This document shows, piece after piece, positions 59,631 to 64,000 of a DNA stretch of 64,000 nucleotides (positions are counted from its first letter, which is position 1; every line of letters starts with the position of its first letter). Origin of the DNA: Spirochaetia bacterium (lineage in GTDB: Bacteria > Spirochaetota > Spirochaetia > DSM-16054 > Sediminispirochaetaceae); NCBI GenBank assembly GCA_034520965.1, contig JAXHMY010000008.1:192001-256000 (forward strand). Direction: 5' to 3'. The notes under the pieces are model-generated. The model searched no databases, was not told the DNA's origin, and was given only the letters and a program-made list of their open reading frames with translations. A program made the translations under genes and the position numbers.

Positions 59631-59842
59631 AGATAACTCCTTCTATATTAGTGCCCTAAAGAATTATCATAGTTTCCTTTTCAAGTCAAATAAGTGTAAA
59701 GAAGCTTCTTGCTTTTTTTGTGTCATTACTGGTTCTTTCTCATTAAGAGAATGTTCAAGAGAATGTTGATTAAACTTTTATTGCGTACTAAAGTGGATAA
59801 ACTGTTCCTCAACATCCAAAATACTATATAAGAGGTGAGAAT

Positions 59843-61572
59843 GTGCGCTTAAAGGCTCTTACTTTAGAAAATTTACTGGTGGAAAGTACGGAGAAGTACG
59901 GACACTACGACGTACTGTCTTATGTTGATGAAGATTCACTGTCCTATAAGGATTTCTATGATCGCGTGGTATCCTTACGCCTATATTTGAAGGACAAGGG
60001 AATCAAGAAGGGCGACCGGGTAATTCTGCTGAGTGAAAACCAGCCTCACTGGGCCGTGTGCTATTTTGCAGTAACTACATTGGGGGCGGTGGTGGTACCG
60101 ATCCTCACCGATTTTCATACAGAAGAAATTGCCAATATTATTAACCATTCTGAGCCCTCAGCTTTTTGTGTAAGTGCAAAGCTGCTGGATAAGATTCGAA
60201 CATTTCTCGAAGACTCCGCAAAGCCGGCGCTGTGCATTGACTTTCTATCGGAGATCCCCCGGCCGGTACCGGGTGCCGAACTAAAAACCGGAAGTAAAAC
60301 CTGGGAACAGATTCCACTACAAGAACACGAGGTGGAGATGAGCGGAGTGGTAGCTGAGGATGATACTGCCACGATTATTTACACCTCCGGGACTACCGGA
60401 AAATCTAAAGGAGTAATGCTGAGCCATAGGAATCTTGTGTATGATGCGGAAGCCTCTGCAGATATCCCGCGGCTAAAACCGGGGGATCGGCTGCTGTCGA
60501 TTCTCCCCCTTGCACAGCACCTACTGAGTGTACCGTCGGCCTAATTACCCCGCTTTTGTTAGGGTCCCACGTTGTGTATCTTAAAAGGCCACCGGCCCCA
60601 GTGGTGTTGTTGCCGGCACTTAAGCAGGTACGTCCCCACACGGTCCTCTCAGTACCGCTTTTAATTGAGAAGATCTACCGCTCAGTCGTTCTGCCTAAAA
60701 TCAACAAAACCTGGTTAAGCCGTTCAGCATATAAACTGCCGCCCCTTCGGAAACTGATAAATCGGCTCATCGGGCGAGGGCTTGTGCGTATTTTCGGTGG
60801 GAATATTCAATTTTTCGGTATTGGTGGGGCTGCCCTGGCGGAGGACGTGGAGTTCTTTCTGCGGGAAGCCCGCTTTCCCTATGCTATCGGCTATGGACTC
60901 ACCGAGACCGCACCGCTTATTGCCGGGTGCGGGCCTGCTTACACCCGGTATCGCTCAACAGGGCCAACGTTAACGGGAGTTACCGTTAAAATCGACCAAC
61001 CCGATGCAGCTACAGGTGAGGGTGAGATACTGGTGAAGGGACCAATTGTAATGCAGGGTTATTTCAAGGAACCGGAAAAAACTGCTGAAGTATTGACCCC
61101 TGACGGATGGTTTCATACCGGTGATTTGGGCGTAGTAGATGAGGATGGGTACCTTTTTATTCGTGGTCGTCTTAAAAATATGATTCTCGGACCCAGTGGT
61201 GAAAATATTTATCCGGAAGAGATAGAGGCTCTCATAAATGAATATGATTTTGTAAAAGAGTCACTGGTAGTTGAGGAGGAGGGTCGGCTGATAGCACGGG
61301 TAAACCTCGATTACGAGTCCTTAAGGGAACAAGTAAAAGATTTAGCGGAGTCGGCGGTTGATATTTCTAAACAGGCTAATGAGTATCTGGCTCAGCTGAA
61401 GCAAAGGGTAAACAAACGTCTGAACGTATTCTCCAGGGTAAGTGAGATTTTTGAGGAGAATGAGCCCTTTGAGAAGACGCCTACCAAAAAAATTAAACGA
61501 TACCTCTACACACATTTGGGCAATAAGCATAAAATTGAAACAAAGGAAAATAACAATGCGCAAGGTAAATGA
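59843..61572 (+). pseudogene. Second long-chain fatty acid--CoA ligase with two extra bases; probably intact in vivo
   Basis: YTSGTTGKSKG, GYGLTE, FHTGD. Removing G60517 and T60525 gives LPLAHTYECTVGLITPLLLG, joining both ORFs. Confidence 0.85.
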
Positions 61573-62623
61573 TCTTCATATAGATAATGTACAGCCCCTG
61601 ATTCCGCCGATCGAACTAAAGCAGCGGTTTCCCTTGTCCGATGAGTCGGCAGAACTGGTATACGAGAGTCGAGAAACGGTTAAAAGAATAATATCCCGCG
61701 AAGACCCCCGGATTCTAGGTATAATTGGCCCCTGTTCTATCCATGATACCCAGGGAGCTTTGGAATATGCACACAAATTAAGTGAACTCCGTGAGCAAGT
61801 AAAAGATAGAATCTACATTATTATGCGTGTCTATTTTGAAAAACCGCGTACTACCATCGGCTGGCGGGGACTTATAGTCGATCCGCTGTTGGACGGTTCG
61901 TATGATATTGCATTAGGCTTAGAAACCGCACGAAAGACCCTGCTTGAAATTACTTCTCTGGGGCTTCCGGCCGGCTCTGAGATGCTGGATCCTTATGTAC
62001 CTCAGTATATTGATGACCTAGTTTCCTGGGCGGCAATCGGGGCACGTACAACCGAGAGCCAAACCCATCGAAATCTGGCCAGCGGCCTTTCAATGCCGGT
62101 AGGTTTTAAAAATGGTACCAGCGGTAACCTGGAATTGGCGGTGAATGCCATGGAATCGGCTACCCATCCGGCCAGCTTTATTGGAATTGATCCGGAGGGG
62201 AATACTAGCGTGCTTAATACCACCGGAAACGATGTCTGCCACCTGATTCTGCGAGGCGGTAGGGGCGGGCCTAACTACCACGAAGAAGATGTAGAAAATG
62301 CCGAAGAAATGATGCGAAAGGCACAGCTTAGTCCGTCGGTGGTGGTTGACTGCAGTCATGAAAATTCCGGTAAAAAGTCGCCCCGCCAACAAAGGGTCTT
62401 GCGTTCTATAATAGACCAGGTGAGTCATGGACAATCGGTTTTATCGGGGTTCATGCTTGAGAGCAATCTGTTTGAGGGTTCCCAAAAAATTCCGGAAGAT
62501 TTGTCCCTGCTTAAGTATGGAGTTTCAGTAACCGATGAGTGTATCGGCTGGGACGAGACTAAAAAGATTGTTATGCAGGCCTATCACAATCTTTCTAAAA
62601 TAGGGGTTGCCGGTAAGGCCTGA
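61556..62623 (+). CDS. 3-deoxy-7-phosphoheptulonate (DAHP) synthase, class I-alpha (AroF/G/H type)
   Basis: GPCSIHD, RVYFEKPRTT, AIGARTTESQTHR, GFKNGT, VDCSH, YGVSVTDECI. Start at MRKVND. Confidence 0.93.
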   Translation: MRKVNDLHIDNVQPLIPPIELKQRFPLSDESAELVYESRETVKRIISREDPRILGIIGPCSIHDTQGALEYAHKLSELREQVKDRIYIIMRVYFEKPRTTIGWRGLIVDPLLDGSYDIALGLETARKTLLEITSLGLPAGSEMLDPYVPQYIDDLVSWAAIGARTTESQTHRNLASGLSMPVGFKNGTSGNLELAVNAMESATHPASFIGIDPEGNTSVLNTTGNDVCHLILRGGRGGPNYHEEDVENAEEMMRKAQLSPSVVVDCSHENSGKKSPRQQRVLRSIIDQVSHGQSVLSGFMLESNLFEGSQKIPEDLSLLKYGVSVTDECIGWDETKKIVMQAYHNLSKIGVAGKA

Positions 62624-62653
62624 ATCTGACCATTTTTAGTGTAAGGAGGTAAT

Positions 62654-63205
62654 ATGAAACGCGTAGCAGTTCTATTTGCCGAAGGATTTGAAGAGGTTGA
62701 GGGTTTAACCCAAGTTGACTTTCTTCGTCGAGCCGGCGTCGAGATTACCATGGTTGGAGTCACCGGAGAAATAGTGAAGGGCGGTCATGATATCACAATT
62801 AAAACAGATACTACTGTTGATAAAATTGATCCACACAGGTTTGATGGGGTAGTTCTTCCAGGCGGAATGCCCGGTGCGGCGAATATGGCTTCGTCCGCCC
62901 ATGCACAAGACTTGATCCGCAGTGTCTTTCAAAGCGGGGGCTTAGTAGCCGCAATTTGTGCCGCTCCGGCGGTTGTGTTAGAACCCCTTGGAATTCTGAA
63001 AGGAAAAAGGGCAACCTGCTTTCCCGGTTTTGAGGGACGCTTTAAGCAGGCCTCTTTCAGCGAGGAACGTGTGGTGCAGGACGGAACTGTAATTACCAGC
63101 CGCGGTCCCGGAACTGCAGCTGAATTTGCGGTAGCTCTTATCGCCTATTTAGTAGACAGCGAAACTGCGGAGAAAGTAAAAAACAAAACCTTGCAGGCCT
63201 TCTAA
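62654..63205 (+). CDS. DJ-1/YajL/ThiJ family protein
   Basis: GFEEVE, LPGGMPGA, AAICAAP, ITSRGPGTA. Confidence 0.92.
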   Translation: MKRVAVLFAEGFEEVEGLTQVDFLRRAGVEITMVGVTGEIVKGGHDITIKTDTTVDKIDPHRFDGVVLPGGMPGAANMASSAHAQDLIRSVFQSGGLVAAICAAPAVVLEPLGILKGKRATCFPGFEGRFKQASFSEERVVQDGTVITSRGPGTAAEFAVALIAYLVDSETAEKVKNKTLQAF

Positions 63206-63249
63206 AAAAACCTGAGCTTCCAGAAATGTATGAAAGCCGGCAAAAAGCT

Positions 63250-63277
63250 CTGTAAGGCCCTTAAGAGGGCCTTACAG
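63250..63277. terminator. Perfect hairpin between the convergent DJ-1 gene and ackA
   Basis: CTGTAAGGCCCT-taag-AGGGCCTTACAG, 12-bp stem. Confidence 0.65.
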
Positions 63278-63286
63278 AATAACAAC

Positions 63287-64000
63287 TTATTCCGGTTTGG
63301 CAACCACTTTTTGTAGATCGGGTTTTTTCTCCACCTGCTTTGCAAAGCGTGCAGCCCGGGCTTTATTCGAGTAGTCCCTGCTCTGGAATGAATAAGTAAA
63401 ATTAGTATGAGCATCATAGGTTCCATTCATCAGCGCATAAGTGTCTTCCGTCATTACCAACTCTTCATCGGTGGGAACGACATAGATCTTTGTGGCTGAA
63501 CCGGGAGCGGTGATATCGGTTTCAGCGTTAGGAGTAGAAGAGAGGTCGTTTTTGTCTAAGTCGGCCTTAATACCTAGGATATCCAAGCCGTCAACAATAC
63601 GGCGACGGATTGCCGGTGCCTGTTCTCCGACTCCGGCGGTAAATACCAGTGCATCAACGCGGCCTAAAGCCGCTGCATAGGCTCCTATGTATTTTCTCAG
63701 ACGATACACCTCCATCTGAATGGCAAGCTCGGAGCGTTCATCCCCATCTTTGGCGGCGACTTGGATATCGCGACGGTCGATGTATTTACCGGTGATTCCT
63801 AGGATCCCGCTTTTTTTATTGAGCTGGGTTTCAATATCCTCCGCCTTCATTTTGGCATTTTTCATCATATGAAATACCACTGCCGGGTCAAAGTCGCCGC
63901 TGCGGGTTCCCATCACCAGTCCTTCCAGGGGAGTGAGGCCCATGGATGTATCTACTGAGACGCCGTCTTTTACCGCACAAATGCTGGCGCCATTGCCGAT
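63287..64000 (-). CDS. ackA: Acetate kinase (5' part outside the window)
   Basis: [48 protein letters not shown]; frame is open to the window edge. Confidence 0.95.
   Translation of the reverse strand: MGNGASICAVKDGVSVDTSMGLTPLEGLVMGTRSGDFDPAVVFHMMKNAKMKAEDIETQLNKKSGILGITGKYIDRRDIQVAAKDGDERSELAIQMEVYRLRKYIGAYAAALGRVDALVFTAGVGEQAPAIRRRIVDGLDILGIKADLDKNDLSSTPNAETDITAPGSATKIYVVPTDEELVMTEDTYALMNGTYDAHTNFTYSFQSRDYSNKARAARFAKQVEKKPDLQKVVAKPE

Noticed and set aside
680..63680. The many 60-200 aa ORFs antisense to or nested in the called genes
   Set aside because: They are shadows of well-supported genes with no motifs or SD sites. The exceptions (rpoZ, the hisD 5' fragment, 27802-28056) are included in the features.
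1..64000. tRNA, rRNA, riboswitch, prophage or IS element
   Set aside because: Intergenic gaps are short and largely explained by hairpins and repeats; I saw no cloverleaf, rRNA-like tract, transposase, integrase or phage gene. A covariance-model scan would be needed to exclude small RNAs.

Overview
A bacterial chromosome segment made mostly of housekeeping genes. Gene order and protein style point to a free-living spirochaete (inference from the fliY-fliO-fliPQR-flhBA-flhFG-fliA-fapA block and the murC-yicC-cmk-rpoZ-miaA block). Bases 1-18144 are the distal half of a flagellar export/regulation operon. It runs directly into an unusual three-gene module: an HscC-like Hsp70, a J-domain/HEAT protein and an orphan CheA-like kinase. 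The rest encodes maf, ftsI, lepB, a LysM-M23 peptidase, secA, Nnr, glgC, murC, miaA, AmmeMemo A/B, NFACT, a macrodomain protein, hisC, folC, a HisD-like protein with altered metal ligands, a Bpt/ATE-like transferase, two acyl-CoA ligases, pfp, galK, galT, manA, asnS, DAHP synthase, DJ-1 and a partial ackA. Non-coding structure includes two families of dispersed palindromic repeats (one copy apparently translated), several short tandem duplications and five candidate leaderless sigma70 promoters. Six genes carry single-base indels that look more like sequencing or assembly errors than biology. I saw no rRNA, tRNA, CRISPR array, transposase or integrase. All calls come from reading motifs by eye, with no database searches.
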